DNA of 64,000 nucleotides from Polyangium spumosum (GTDB taxonomy: Bacteria; Myxococcota_A; Polyangia; Polyangiales; Polyangiaceae), in assembly GCF_009649845.1 (NCBI RefSeq), contig NZ_WJIE01000009.1, positions 224,685 to 288,684 of the forward strand, given 5' to 3'. Positions 52,278-60,999 of this stretch are shown here, piece by piece; within the stretch, counting starts at the first letter, position 1; the number at the start of each line of letters is the position of its first letter. A model generated the notes under the pieces. That model worked only from the letters and a program-made list of their open reading frames with translations. It did not search any database and had not been told where the DNA came from. Made by a program: the position numbers and the translations under genes.

Positions 52278-53927
52278 ATGCTTCCCTCGGGCTTCGGTTT
52301 TCGCGCGGTGTTTTCGCTCGTCGCGTTCGGCTCACCGCTCCTCTGGGCTCTGCCTGCACGCGCGGCGGCGCCGAAGGACGCGCAGACCGAGAAGGCCATC
52401 ACGCAAGCGATGGATGTGGACTACCTGGAGACGAAGTTCGACCAGGCTGAAAAGCGCTTGCGTACGGCGATCGACGCGTGTGGCGCGGACAAATGCACGC
52501 CGAGCGTGAAGGCGCGGGCGCTCGTGGCGCTGGGCGTGGTGCTCGCGGGCGGCAAGAAGCAGCTCGAGGACGCGCGCGAGGCCTTCGTCGAGGCGCTGAC
52601 CCTCGACAGGGACACGAAGCCCGACGAGGACATGAGCTCGGCCGAGGTGAAGTACGCCTACGAGAACGCGCGCAAGCAGCTCAAGCTCGACGGCGCGGCC
52701 GCAGCGGGGGGGGCACCTGCGCCTTCGGGGCAAGGCATGACGCACGCGCCGCCGGCCGAGCAGCGCATCAACACGCCGGTGCCGCTCTACGTGCGGCTCG
52801 CGCCGGAGCTCCTGGAGGACGCGAAGAAGGTCACGGTCACGTACCTGGCCCCGGGCGCGGGCGACTGGAAGACGCTCGTGATGAAGAAGGTCGGCGAGTT
52901 CGGCTTCGGCATCAACGTGCCGTGCACCGACGTCACGAAGGAAGGCAAGCTCGACTATTTCATCACGATCACCGACGCGGACGGCGCGATCGTGACGGGC
53001 GCGGGCTCGCGCGCGCAGCCCTTGAGCACGGCGATCAAGCCGCGCATCGAGGGTGATCCGCCGAGCTGGCCAGGCTTCGCGCCGCCCGAGCTCTGCGTGA
53101 AGGTCGAGGCGGGGCCGAAGCAGTGCCTCGACGACAACCAGTGCAACGCGGGTTATTCGTGCGTGGGCGGCGAGTGCACGCAGAAGCCCTCGATCGTCGA
53201 CGAGCCGAAGGACACGGGGCCGAAGAAGAACTGGGTGTCGATCTCCATCGCGCCGGACATCTCGATCTTCTCGGGCAAGGACGTCTGCGCGGTCGACGTG
53301 CAGGACCGTGATCACTTCGTTTGCGTGCGTAACGACGGCAGCCGCTACCTCGGCGCGCCCACGCCCGGCATCGGGAACAACGTCTCCGCGGGCCTCGCGC
53401 TCTCCACGATCCGCATCATCGCCGGCTACGACCGGCTCTTCATGGACAACATCCTCGCGGGCGTCCGCCTCGGCTTCGCGTTCCGGACCTCGAGCGACGA
53501 CGACGCGAGCTTCCTGCCGGTGCACGCCGAGCTGCGTGGCACCTACGTGATCGGCAAGAACCCGTTCGGCAGCCTCGGCGCGCGCCCGTTCGTCTTCGCG
53601 GCGGCCGGGCTCGCGCAGATCGACACGCCCGTCGACGTGGAGGTGCTCGAGGACGGCGTGCGGTGCGGCGCGGCGAACCCGGCCGATCAGAGCAGCCCTT
53701 GCACGCAGCCGGGCAACCCCGAGTTCGAGGGCAGCCGCGTCGAGCCTCGGATCCAGTCCTTGAAGGCGTACAAGCAAGCCGGGCAGGGCTTCCTCTCGCT
53801 CGGCGGCGGCCTGCAGTATGCGCCGCTCGAGCGGGTCGCGATCAGCGTGGGCCTGCGGGCGAACATCACGCTGCCCGTCGTTACGTTCGTGCTCACGCCC
53901 GAACTCGGCGCCACGATCGGGTTCTAG
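52278..53927 (+). CDS. secreted hypothetical protein with Cys-rich middle segment and beta-barrel-like C-terminal domain
   Basis: Signal peptide AVFSLVAFGSPLLWALPARAAAP. CLDDNQCNAGYSCVGGECTQKP is EGF-like. The C-terminal ~250 aa has alternating hydrophobic strands ending in IGF. Confidence 0.55.
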   Translation: MLPSGFGFRAVFSLVAFGSPLLWALPARAAAPKDAQTEKAITQAMDVDYLETKFDQAEKRLRTAIDACGADKCTPSVKARALVALGVVLAGGKKQLEDAREAFVEALTLDRDTKPDEDMSSAEVKYAYENARKQLKLDGAAAAGGAPAPSGQGMTHAPPAEQRINTPVPLYVRLAPELLEDAKKVTVTYLAPGAGDWKTLVMKKVGEFGFGINVPCTDVTKEGKLDYFITITDADGAIVTGAGSRAQPLSTAIKPRIEGDPPSWPGFAPPELCVKVEAGPKQCLDDNQCNAGYSCVGGECTQKPSIVDEPKDTGPKKNWVSISIAPDISIFSGKDVCAVDVQDRDHFVCVRNDGSRYLGAPTPGIGNNVSAGLALSTIRIIAGYDRLFMDNILAGVRLGFAFRTSSDDDASFLPVHAELRGTYVIGKNPFGSLGARPFVFAAAGLAQIDTPVDVEVLEDGVRCGAANPADQSSPCTQPGNPEFEGSRVEPRIQSLKAYKQAGQGFLSLGGGLQYAPLERVAISVGLRANITLPVVTFVLTPELGATIGF

Positions 53928-53938
53928 GTTCCAGGCCG

Positions 53939-54772
53939 ATGACAGAACAACCCAGCAAGCTCGACGCGGCCCTCGATGGGGTCCTCGCGGGTGGCCCCCT
54001 GCGCGGGCTGCTCGACGTGCTCGATCGCCACTCGAACCTGCCCGGCACGCGTCCGAACCTCGACTTCGCGCGTACCGTCGGCATCCTGATCGCCGCGCGC
54101 CGAGGCAAGGCCGACGCGCTCGTCCGCGCCCTGCTCGCCTCGCCCGGCGAGTATCCCGTGATCGTCGCGGCGCACGCGCTCGCGCAGCGGGCCCTCGCCG
54201 GTTTCGACGCGCGGGCGGCCATGACCACGCTGCACGACCTCGCGGACGAGCCGCGCCACCTCGTCCGCATGGGCATCGTCTCTGCGCTGCGCGAGGTGCT
54301 CCTCGTGCGGGGCGAGGAGGCGCTGCGTGAGCTCGTGACGTGGACCGACGGGTATTTCCACGCGCACGTCGTGCTCGCGGCGCTCGCGGATCGGGAGGTC
54401 CTCGATCGGCTGCGGGGCCCCGAGGAGGTGCTCGCGCGGCTCGAGGAGGCGTTCGTGCTGGCCGACGTGTCGCCTCGCGCGGCGGAGCGCTCCCAGGGCC
54501 TGCGCACCTTGCGTGAGGGGATGCCGGCCGAGGTCGCGGTGCTCGCGGCGCGTTTCCCCGAGGTCGTCGCGTGGCTCGAGGGCAAGACGTCGGCGAAGCG
54601 CCCGGAGACACGCGAGGTCGTCTCGCAGGCCATCGCGGCGCTGCGCCGGGGAGGCCTGAAGAACGCGGAGGCCGCGCGGATCGCGGGCCTCTTGGAGGCG
54701 AGCAAAAAGCCCCCGCGTGACGCGGCTCGGATCGTGCAGGGAACACGAAAGCGGAGCAAAGGGCGGCGTTGA
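53939..54772 (+). CDS. hypothetical helical-repeat protein (possibly DNA-alkylation-repair/HEAT-like)
   Basis: ATG 53939 lies directly after the upstream stop. The product is Leu/Ala-rich with helical repeats. The 5' part of track ORF 53663.. overlaps the upstream gene and is rejected. Confidence 0.4.
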   Translation: MTEQPSKLDAALDGVLAGGPLRGLLDVLDRHSNLPGTRPNLDFARTVGILIAARRGKADALVRALLASPGEYPVIVAAHALAQRALAGFDARAAMTTLHDLADEPRHLVRMGIVSALREVLLVRGEEALRELVTWTDGYFHAHVVLAALADREVLDRLRGPEEVLARLEEAFVLADVSPRAAERSQGLRTLREGMPAEVAVLAARFPEVVAWLEGKTSAKRPETREVVSQAIAALRRGGLKNAEAARIAGLLEASKKPPRDAARIVQGTRKRSKGRR

Positions 54773-54838
54773 CGGCGCGCGCCCCTCGGGCGACGAAATC
54801 CGTCGCGGAGGGTGCCTGCGTGCAGTATGGAACCCGCC

Positions 54839-55687
54839 ATGCGGCTCGAGAACAGGGTTGTCTTCATCACGGGCGCCTCCCGGGGCATTGGTCGCGCGGT
54901 CGCGCTCGCTTGTGCGCGGGAGGGCGCCGACGTCGTCGTCGCGGCCAAGTCGGAGGTCGAGCAGAACCCCCGGCTCCCGGGGACGATCCACAGCGTGGCG
55001 AAGGAGGTCGAGGCGCTCGGCCGTCGCGCCTTGCCGATCAAGCTCGACGTGCGTGACGCCGACGCGTGCGAGGCGGCGGTCGCGCAGGCGGCGGCGCACT
55101 TCGGCCGGCTCGACGTGCTCGTGAACAACGCGGGCGCGCTCTGGTGGGCGGACGTGCTCGGGACGCCGATGAAGAAGTTCGACCTCGTGATGGGCATCAA
55201 CGTGCGTGCGTCGTTCGCGCTCGCGCGCGCGGCCTTGCCGCACATGATCGAGCGCAAGTGGGGGCACATCGTGATGATGTCGCCGCCGGTCGACGCGAAT
55301 GCGGTCGCGCACCATGGGGCGTACGCGGTCTCCAAGTTCGGCATGACGATGATCGCGCTGGCGATCGCGGAGGAGGCGAAGGCGCACAACGTGACGGCGA
55401 ACGCGCTCTGGCCGGCGACGGCGATCGAGAGCTACGCGACCATCAACTTCGGCCTCGGGGGCCCGGAGTTCTGGCGCAAGGCGGACATCCTCGCGGACGC
55501 GACGCTCGCTTTGATCACCAAGGAGCCTTCGGCGCGGCCGGGCAAGGCCTGGATCGACGAGGCGCTCTTGCGCAGCGAGGGCGTGACCGATTTCTCGAAG
55601 TACCAGTGCGCGCCTGGCCATGAGCCGCCGCATTTCCCGTTCTCGGCGCTCCCGACGACGACCGAGACCGTCGACAAGAAGAAGTGA
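54839..55687 (+). CDS. SDR family oxidoreductase (HSDL2-like)
   Basis: Rossmann motif VVFITGASRGIGRAVA. NNAG. Catalytic Y-x-x-x-K in HHGAYAVSKFG. Confidence 0.85.
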   Translation: MRLENRVVFITGASRGIGRAVALACAREGADVVVAAKSEVEQNPRLPGTIHSVAKEVEALGRRALPIKLDVRDADACEAAVAQAAAHFGRLDVLVNNAGALWWADVLGTPMKKFDLVMGINVRASFALARAALPHMIERKWGHIVMMSPPVDANAVAHHGAYAVSKFGMTMIALAIAEEAKAHNVTANALWPATAIESYATINFGLGGPEFWRKADILADATLALITKEPSARPGKAWIDEALLRSEGVTDFSKYQCAPGHEPPHFPFSALPTTTETVDKKK

Positions 55688-55690
55688 ACC

Positions 55691-56008
55691 ATGGCCTCGA
55701 GCGACGATGACGACCGGACGATCGGATCGGGATCTACGTTCTCCGTGGATCCCACCCGGGAGATCTCGAGCGTGTTCGACGACCTCGAGGATCTTTTGAA
55801 GAACGGCGACGTGATCGAGGCGCTCTCGCAGAGGGGCGTGAACGCGAGCATCGCGCTCACGGCGATCGAGGGGCTAAGGGCCTACCTCGATGGGAAGAAG
55901 GCCGAGGCGGCCGAGGACTTCGCCATGGTGGCGGAGGAGATCCGGGGTCGCCTCGAGCTCGCCCGCGCTGCGGAGGGACCCAAGAACGGGCAAGGGGGAC
56001 ACTCGTGA
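55691..56008 (+). CDS. small acidic hypothetical protein (105 aa)
   Basis: Non-biased composition. Its stop overlaps the mtnA GTG start (GTGA). Confidence 0.4.
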   Translation: MASSDDDDRTIGSGSTFSVDPTREISSVFDDLEDLLKNGDVIEALSQRGVNASIALTAIEGLRAYLDGKKAEAAEDFAMVAEEIRGRLELARAAEGPKNGQGGHS

Positions 56009-57099
56009 CCACGGTGGCGCCACCGCCCTGGTATCCATCCCCGGCGCTCTCGGGCGCGGGATACTCGGCGGCCGAGCTCGCGGAGAGCTGCGACCGCGTG
56101 TTTCTCCTGGATCAACGGGATCTCCCGGCGCGCGAGGTCTACGCGACGTTGCGCTCGGTCGAGGAGGTCGCGGAGGCGATCCGCGCGATGGTGGTGCGGG
56201 GCGCGCCTGCGATCGGGATCGCGGCGGCGTACGGCATGGTGCTGGCTGCGCGGGCGCTACGTCCGGCGGAGGCCTCGCGGTACGTGGCGGGCCTTCGCGC
56301 GGCGGCGAGCATGCTGGTGGCGGCGCGGCCGACGGCGGTGAACCTCTCGTGGGCGGTCTCGCGGATGCTCGCGTCGGCGGAGGCGCACGCGCACGAGCCG
56401 GCCGAGGAGCGCGTGGCGGATCTCGCGGCGCTCGCGCGACGTATCCACGTGGAGGACCTCGAGGCCTGCCGGCGGATGGGCCGGGTGGGCGCGGCGCGGA
56501 TCCCGCATGGCGCGACGATCCTGACGCATTGCAACGCCGGCGCGCTGGCGACGGGCGGATATGGCACGGCGCTCGGGGTGGTCCGTGCGGCGGCGGAGGC
56601 GGGCAAGCAGGTGCGGGTCCTGGCGGACGAGACGAGGCCGTACCTGCAGGGCGCGCGGCTGACGGCGTGGGAGCTGTCGCAGGACGGGATCCCGGTCGAG
56701 GTGATCACGGACTCGATGGCGGGGCATTTCCTGCGTCGACGCGAGGTGACGGCGATCGTGGTGGGCGCGGATCGGATCGCGCGGAACGGGGACATCGCGA
56801 ACAAGATCGGCACGTACGGGCTCGCGTGCCTGGCGAAGCACCACGGGGTGCCGTTTTACGTGGCCGCGCCGTGGAGCACGGTGGATCTGGCGACGCTCGA
56901 CGGCGACCACATCCCGCTGGAGGAGCGGAGCCGGGACGAGGTTGTGCGGGTGGGAGGGTCGGTGCTGGTGCCGGAAGGTGTACCGGCGCGGCACCCGGCG
57001 TTCGACGTGACGCCGGCGGAGCTGATCACGGCGATCTTCACGGAGCGGGGCGAGTATGCCGCGGGGGAGATTGCGCGGGCGGGGGAGGCGGGGGCGTAG
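56005..57099 (+). CDS. mtnA: S-methyl-5-thioribose-1-phosphate isomerase (eIF-2B alpha/beta/delta family)
   Basis: [56 protein letters not shown] and [19 protein letters not shown] are MtnA family motifs. Confidence 0.85.
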   Translation: MTTVAPPPWYPSPALSGAGYSAAELAESCDRVFLLDQRDLPAREVYATLRSVEEVAEAIRAMVVRGAPAIGIAAAYGMVLAARALRPAEASRYVAGLRAAASMLVAARPTAVNLSWAVSRMLASAEAHAHEPAEERVADLAALARRIHVEDLEACRRMGRVGAARIPHGATILTHCNAGALATGGYGTALGVVRAAAEAGKQVRVLADETRPYLQGARLTAWELSQDGIPVEVITDSMAGHFLRRREVTAIVVGADRIARNGDIANKIGTYGLACLAKHHGVPFYVAAPWSTVDLATLDGDHIPLEERSRDEVVRVGGSVLVPEGVPARHPAFDVTPAELITAIFTERGEYAAGEIARAGEAGA

Positions 57100-57102
57100 G
57101 TC

Positions 57103-57876
57103 TCAGGCGGGCGCTGCGGGCTGCGTCGCGGCGACGTCTTCGGCGAGCTCGCTCGACGACGTGCGCCGCGTGGTCTCCTTCTCGGCTGCGCGCAGCGGTC
57201 CGAGGATGGCGCTGACGATCACTTCGCTCGCGCCTTCGAGCTCGAGGGTCGTCTCGACGTGTCGCGCGACCTTGATCCAGAAGTTGCGCGCCTTGAGGGC
57301 GTCCATCTTCGACGGGCTCGTGGCGCCGGCGGCGGCCGTGCGTTTTTCCTTCTCATCTTCGAGCTGCCCGAGCTCGCGACCTGCTTCGAACCAGTCCTCG
57401 ACGACGTTCCACGCCTTGCCGCCGGGCACGGGCAGCTTCTTCAGGAGCGCGCGTGTCTTCTCGGAGATCCGCGCCTCGGTGAGCTCCACGGCGCCGGCCT
57501 CGTCGTGATAACTCTCCTTCGTCGCGCTGAGCCCGTTCGGGAGGAGCTCGTCCCGCGCCGCGAGGATGGCCTCGGCGTCCTCTGGATCGTCGGCGGCCTC
57601 GGCGAAGCCGGTGAGCACGAACCAGGAAGCGCGGATCTTGCGGTCGTGACGTTTGTCGGCGGCGGCTTGTTTCTCGGAGAGGGCGGAGAGCTCTTTCGAG
57701 GCGGAGAGGTCTCTCTTCTGGGTGGAGAGCAGGCCTGCGTGGGCCGTTTCGACCTTGCCGAGGAGGGTGGAGCCCGAGGGGAGCGCTTCGATCGTGGGGC
57801 GATCACGCGCGGGGTCGAGCCATGCCTCGGTGATACGAACCATCCGGGCGGTGGAGATGTCCTTGAGGTTTCCCAT
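57103..57876 (-). CDS. hypothetical protein
   Basis: The 257-aa product is hydrophilic with balanced composition. No motif was recognised. Confidence 0.45.
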   Translation of the reverse strand: MGNLKDISTARMVRITEAWLDPARDRPTIEALPSGSTLLGKVETAHAGLLSTQKRDLSASKELSALSEKQAAADKRHDRKIRASWFVLTGFAEAADDPEDAEAILAARDELLPNGLSATKESYHDEAGAVELTEARISEKTRALLKKLPVPGGKAWNVVEDWFEAGRELGQLEDEKEKRTAAAGATSPSKMDALKARNFWIKVARHVETTLELEGASEVIVSAILGPLRAAEKETTRRTSSSELAEDVAATQPAAPA

Positions 57877-57975
57877 CGACGTGCCTCCTTGAAGTAGGGG
57901 TGCGAGAGAAACGCTGCCGGACGGGAAAGATTCACGGTGGGCGTCCGTGGGAGCAGGGTTCGGACGGGAGGTGGA

Positions 57976-58095
57976 TACGGAGGGGGACCGTGGCGGGGGC
58001 GTCGCGGGGTGGGGGAGCTACGGAGGAGGAGCGTGGAGGGGGCGTGGCGGGGAAGGGGGGCGACGGAGGGGGAGCGTGGCGTGGTCGTCGTGATG
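57976..58095. repeat. G-rich imperfect tandem repeat (~43-bp unit, ~2.5 copies) with G4-G6 runs
   Basis: cggagggggaccgtggcgggggcgtcgcggggtgggggagcta / cggaggaggagcgtggagggggcgtggcggggaaggggggcga / cggagggggagcgtggcgtgg. Intergenic, between the hypothetical gene and xisI. Confidence 0.7.
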
Positions 58096-58227
58096 GCCGC
58101 CTCGACCTTCAGTGCCATCGAGCGGGAACGGCGCGACGGCGTCCGCGAACCCTACCCGATGCTGCGGTGGAATCCGGTCGAGATATTCATTCGGGTTCTT
58201 TCCGAGCCTACGCACGATTTCAATCTC

Positions 58228-58566
58228 TCACGCCGCCGAAAGCTCCGAATACCTCTTCGCCCCGTACACATGGAACGCGAGCACGATCCTCTCCGCCGCG
58301 ATCCCACCCTGCACGAGCTCCGGCGCGATCCCATGCTCGATGCCATCCCGCTGGATGACCACGTCCTCCCCCACGACATCCACATGCACGAGGCACCCGT
58401 GCACCCGCTTCCTCCCCTCGCGTCCCACGATCATCAAGAGGTAGTGCCCGCGCTCCCGGTCGAACACCGTCTGCGTCTGCACGTCTCCGTGTGCGTACGG
58501 GATCGCGGCGTACTCCGACAGCACGCGCTCGATCACCTCTCGGTCGACTGCTCGGGTGTCCATCAT
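58228..58566 (-). CDS. xisI: XisI-like protein (fdxN element excision controlling factor XisI family), orphan
   Basis: The 112-aa product MMDTRAVDREVIERVLSEYAAIP...TQTVFDRERGHYLLMIVGREGRKRVHGCLVHVDVVGEDVVIQRDGIEHGIAPELVQGGIAAERIVLAFH matches the XisI signature (TQ.IFD.ERDHY...G.....RV.G...H.DI....IWIQ.DGTE.GIA.ELV..G.....IVLAFH). The ORF-track 5' extension overlaps rpn and is rejected. Confidence 0.8.
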   Translation of the reverse strand: MMDTRAVDREVIERVLSEYAAIPYAHGDVQTQTVFDRERGHYLLMIVGREGRKRVHGCLVHVDVVGEDVVIQRDGIEHGIAPELVQGGIAAERIVLAFHVYGAKRYSELSAA

Positions 58567-58684
58567 CGGATGCTCTCCGGCTCCCTCCATCCGGAAGACC
58601 GATCGTAGTAGCCACGCGCTTCCCTCGGACAGCCGTCGCGTAAAACTTGTTTTCCCCGGGCTCCCTGGGCAAACGTCCCCGGTC

Positions 58685-59785
58685 ATGCCCAAGCCACGCC
58701 GTCGGGGCCGTCTGCCCCAGCCGCACGACGCGCTCTTCAAGTGGGCGTTTTCCCAGCGCGAGCACGCCATCGGCCTGCTCCGGGCGGCGCTGCCAGCGGC
58801 GCTCTCCGCCTGGATCGACTGGAGAAGCTTGCGGCTCGAGCAGGGCAGCTTCGTCGACCGCGCGTTACGCCATCGCCACGGTGACCTCGTGTTCTCCGCG
58901 CGCATCCGCGGGAAAAGCGTGTACTTCCACGCCCTCGTCGAGCAGCAGCGCGACGTCGAGCCGCTCATGGTCTTTCGCATGGGCGTCTACATGATGCGGC
59001 TCTGGGAGCAGCTCGTCCGCGACGACCCGGCCTTGAAAGAGCTGCCGCCGATCATCCCCATCGTCGTGCATCACAGCGAGGCGGGCTGGACGGCGGCCAC
59101 GGCGTTCCAGGACCTCGTGCCGATGGACGAGATCGTTCGGCCTGCCGTCCTCCCGTTCGTCCCGCAGTTCGAGGTCCGGCTGATCGACCTCGGCGGCGGG
59201 CGGGCGGGGGATCTCGTGGAGCAGGCGCTCACCTCGCTCGGACAGGTCGTGCTCTGGTGTCTGTCCGTGGCGGGCGACGATCTTCGGTTCGAGCGAGAGA
59301 TCGATCGGATCGGGAAGGCGCTCGACGAGGTGCTCCTGGCCAAGGACGGCCTTGCTGCACTCGGCGTGTTGCTGCGGTATCTTGCAGCCACGCACGAGCG
59401 TATCGGCGCGGCGATGGTCGGAGAGATCCTGGAGAGCGCGACGAGCTCGAAGGTGGGAGACGCGATCATGACCTGGATAGACGAGATCGAAGAGCGGGGC
59501 GTCGAGCGGGGCCGCGTCGAAGGCCGCGTCGAAGGCCGCGTCGAAGGCCGCGTCGAAGGCCGCATGGAGGGGCAAGCGCGACTCCTGCGCAAGCTCCTCA
59601 CCGCGCGCTTCGGCGCTCTGCCGGCCTCTGCCCGCGCCCGGATCGCCGACGCCGACGAGGCCACGCTCAGCCGCTGGGGCGTCCGGCTGCTCACGGCGGA
59701 GACCCTCGACGACGTGTTCGGCGAGGCGCGCCGCGCCCCGCTCGCCTCGAAGCCTCGTGGTCGCGTTCGGCGCAGCCCCGCATGA
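58685..59785 (+). CDS. Rpn-family recombination-promoting nuclease / putative transposase (YhgA-like PD-(D/E)XK)
   Basis: N-terminal PHDALFKWAF, then DLVFSARI, VEQQRDVEPLMVFRMGVYMMRLW and PIIPIVVHHSEAGW match the RpnA-E family. The C-terminal LLxxRFGxLP...WGVRLLTAETLDDVF is the conserved Rpn tail. Contains a (VEGR)4 tandem repeat. Confidence 0.8.
   Translation: MPKPRRRGRLPQPHDALFKWAFSQREHAIGLLRAALPAALSAWIDWRSLRLEQGSFVDRALRHRHGDLVFSARIRGKSVYFHALVEQQRDVEPLMVFRMGVYMMRLWEQLVRDDPALKELPPIIPIVVHHSEAGWTAATAFQDLVPMDEIVRPAVLPFVPQFEVRLIDLGGGRAGDLVEQALTSLGQVVLWCLSVAGDDLRFEREIDRIGKALDEVLLAKDGLAALGVLLRYLAATHERIGAAMVGEILESATSSKVGDAIMTWIDEIEERGVERGRVEGRVEGRVEGRVEGRMEGQARLLRKLLTARFGALPASARARIADADEATLSRWGVRLLTAETLDDVFGEARRAPLASKPRGRVRRSPA
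59501..59575. repeat. 12-bp tandem repeat gtcgaaggccgc x4 (+ degenerate copies) encoding (VEGR)n inside the rpn-family gene
   Basis: Direct reading: gtcgagcggggccgc gtcgaaggccgc gtcgaaggccgc gtcgaaggccgc gtcgaaggccgc atggaggggcaa. Confidence 0.85.
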
Positions 59786-59849
59786 CTGCACGCTCGTGGA
59801 TCACGCGAGTCCCTTGCTCCCGCCTCGCCGTGGCCTAAGAACGGAATCC

Positions 59850-60926
59850 ATGACCGCCGCTTCCCGCTTCGCCCCCAAGCCCCCCTGGCTCAAAGTCCGC
59901 GCGCCCGGCGGCGACACCTACCATCACCTCAAGCAGACCTTCCGCGAGCTCGATCTCCACACCGTCTGCGAGGAGGCGCGTTGCCCCAACGTGGGCGAGT
60001 GCTGGCGCGAGGGCACGGCCACCGTGATGCTGCTCGGTGACGTCTGCACCCGTGGCTGCCGCTTCTGCGCCGTCACCACCGGCAACCCGCGCGGCGCCGT
60101 CGACACCCGCGAGCCCGAGCACGTCGCGCGCGCCATCGCGCGGCTCGATCTCCAGTACGTCGTCATGACCATGGTCAACCGCGACGACCTGCTCGACGGC
60201 GGCGCCGAGCACGTGGCGCGCACCGTCCAGCGCTTGAAGGACCTCCGCCCCGACATCCTCGTCGAGACCCTCGTCGGCGACTTCTCGGGCCACCTCTCCG
60301 CCGTCGACACCGTCGTCGAGGCCAGGCCCGACGTCTTCGCGCACAACGTCGAGACCATCCGCCGCCTCACGCGCACCGTGCGCGACGTGCGATCGAGCTA
60401 CGACCAGTCCCTCGCCGTGCTCGAGCGCGCGAAGACCCGCGCGAAGGCCGCGGGGATCGAGGGACAGTTGACGAAGAGCTCCATCATGGTCGGCGTCGGC
60501 GAGACCGACGACGAGGTCGTCGAGACCATGCGCGATCTTCGCGCCGTCGGCGTCGACGTCGTCACGATCGGCCAGTACCTCCGGCCCACGCCCAAGCACC
60601 ACGACGTCTTGCGCTTCGTCCCGCCCGAGACTTTCGCGCGGTACGAGGAAGAGGCCCTCGCGTTGGGCTTCCTCTACGCCGCGTCTGGCCCGCTCGTCCG
60701 GTCGAGCTACCGCGCGGCCGAGGTCTTCCTGCGCAGCCTCTTGCGGGAAAAAGGCGGCGAGGGCGGCGACGTGCAGGCCGAGCTCGAAGCGCGGCTCGAC
60801 GTCGCGCGTCGTGAGGCCGCGCGTGTCGCCCTGGAGCTCGGCTCTCCTTCGAGCGTCGAGATCCCGCTCGGCAAGAAGGCCGAGTCGGCGGGCCTCGTCC
60901 CGGCGGCGTCGCTCGTGCGGCGGTGA
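59850..60926 (+). CDS. lipA: lipoyl synthase
   Basis: CEEARCPNVGEC is the auxiliary cluster motif. CTRGCRFCAV is the radical-SAM CxxxCxxC motif. Also VVMTMVNRDDL and SIMVGVGET. ATG at 59850. About 60-aa C-terminal extension. Confidence 0.9.
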   Translation: MTAASRFAPKPPWLKVRAPGGDTYHHLKQTFRELDLHTVCEEARCPNVGECWREGTATVMLLGDVCTRGCRFCAVTTGNPRGAVDTREPEHVARAIARLDLQYVVMTMVNRDDLLDGGAEHVARTVQRLKDLRPDILVETLVGDFSGHLSAVDTVVEARPDVFAHNVETIRRLTRTVRDVRSSYDQSLAVLERAKTRAKAAGIEGQLTKSSIMVGVGETDDEVVETMRDLRAVGVDVVTIGQYLRPTPKHHDVLRFVPPETFARYEEEALALGFLYAASGPLVRSSYRAAEVFLRSLLREKGGEGGDVQAELEARLDVARREAARVALELGSPSSVEIPLGKKAESAGLVPAASLVRR

Positions 60927-60999
60927 AGGCGACGGGCGCCGGGGCTTGGCGTTTCGTCCGGAGTGTGTGAAAAGGGGCGTCGAGGGAAGGTGTCCCGGC

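Noticed and set aside
53663-53938. 5' part of track ORF 53663..54772
   Set aside because: It overlaps the upstream secreted-protein gene (ends 53927) in another frame and is Arg/Pro-rich. ATG 53939 directly after the upstream stop is the credible start.
58556-58980. Mutually overlapping 5' extensions of the track ORFs for rpn (58556..) and xisI (..58980)
   Set aside because: The two extensions overlap each other on opposite strands. The conserved family N-termini (PHDALFKWAF for Rpn, MMDTRAV...EYA for XisI) define starts at 58685 and 58566, leaving a 119-bp divergent promoter region.
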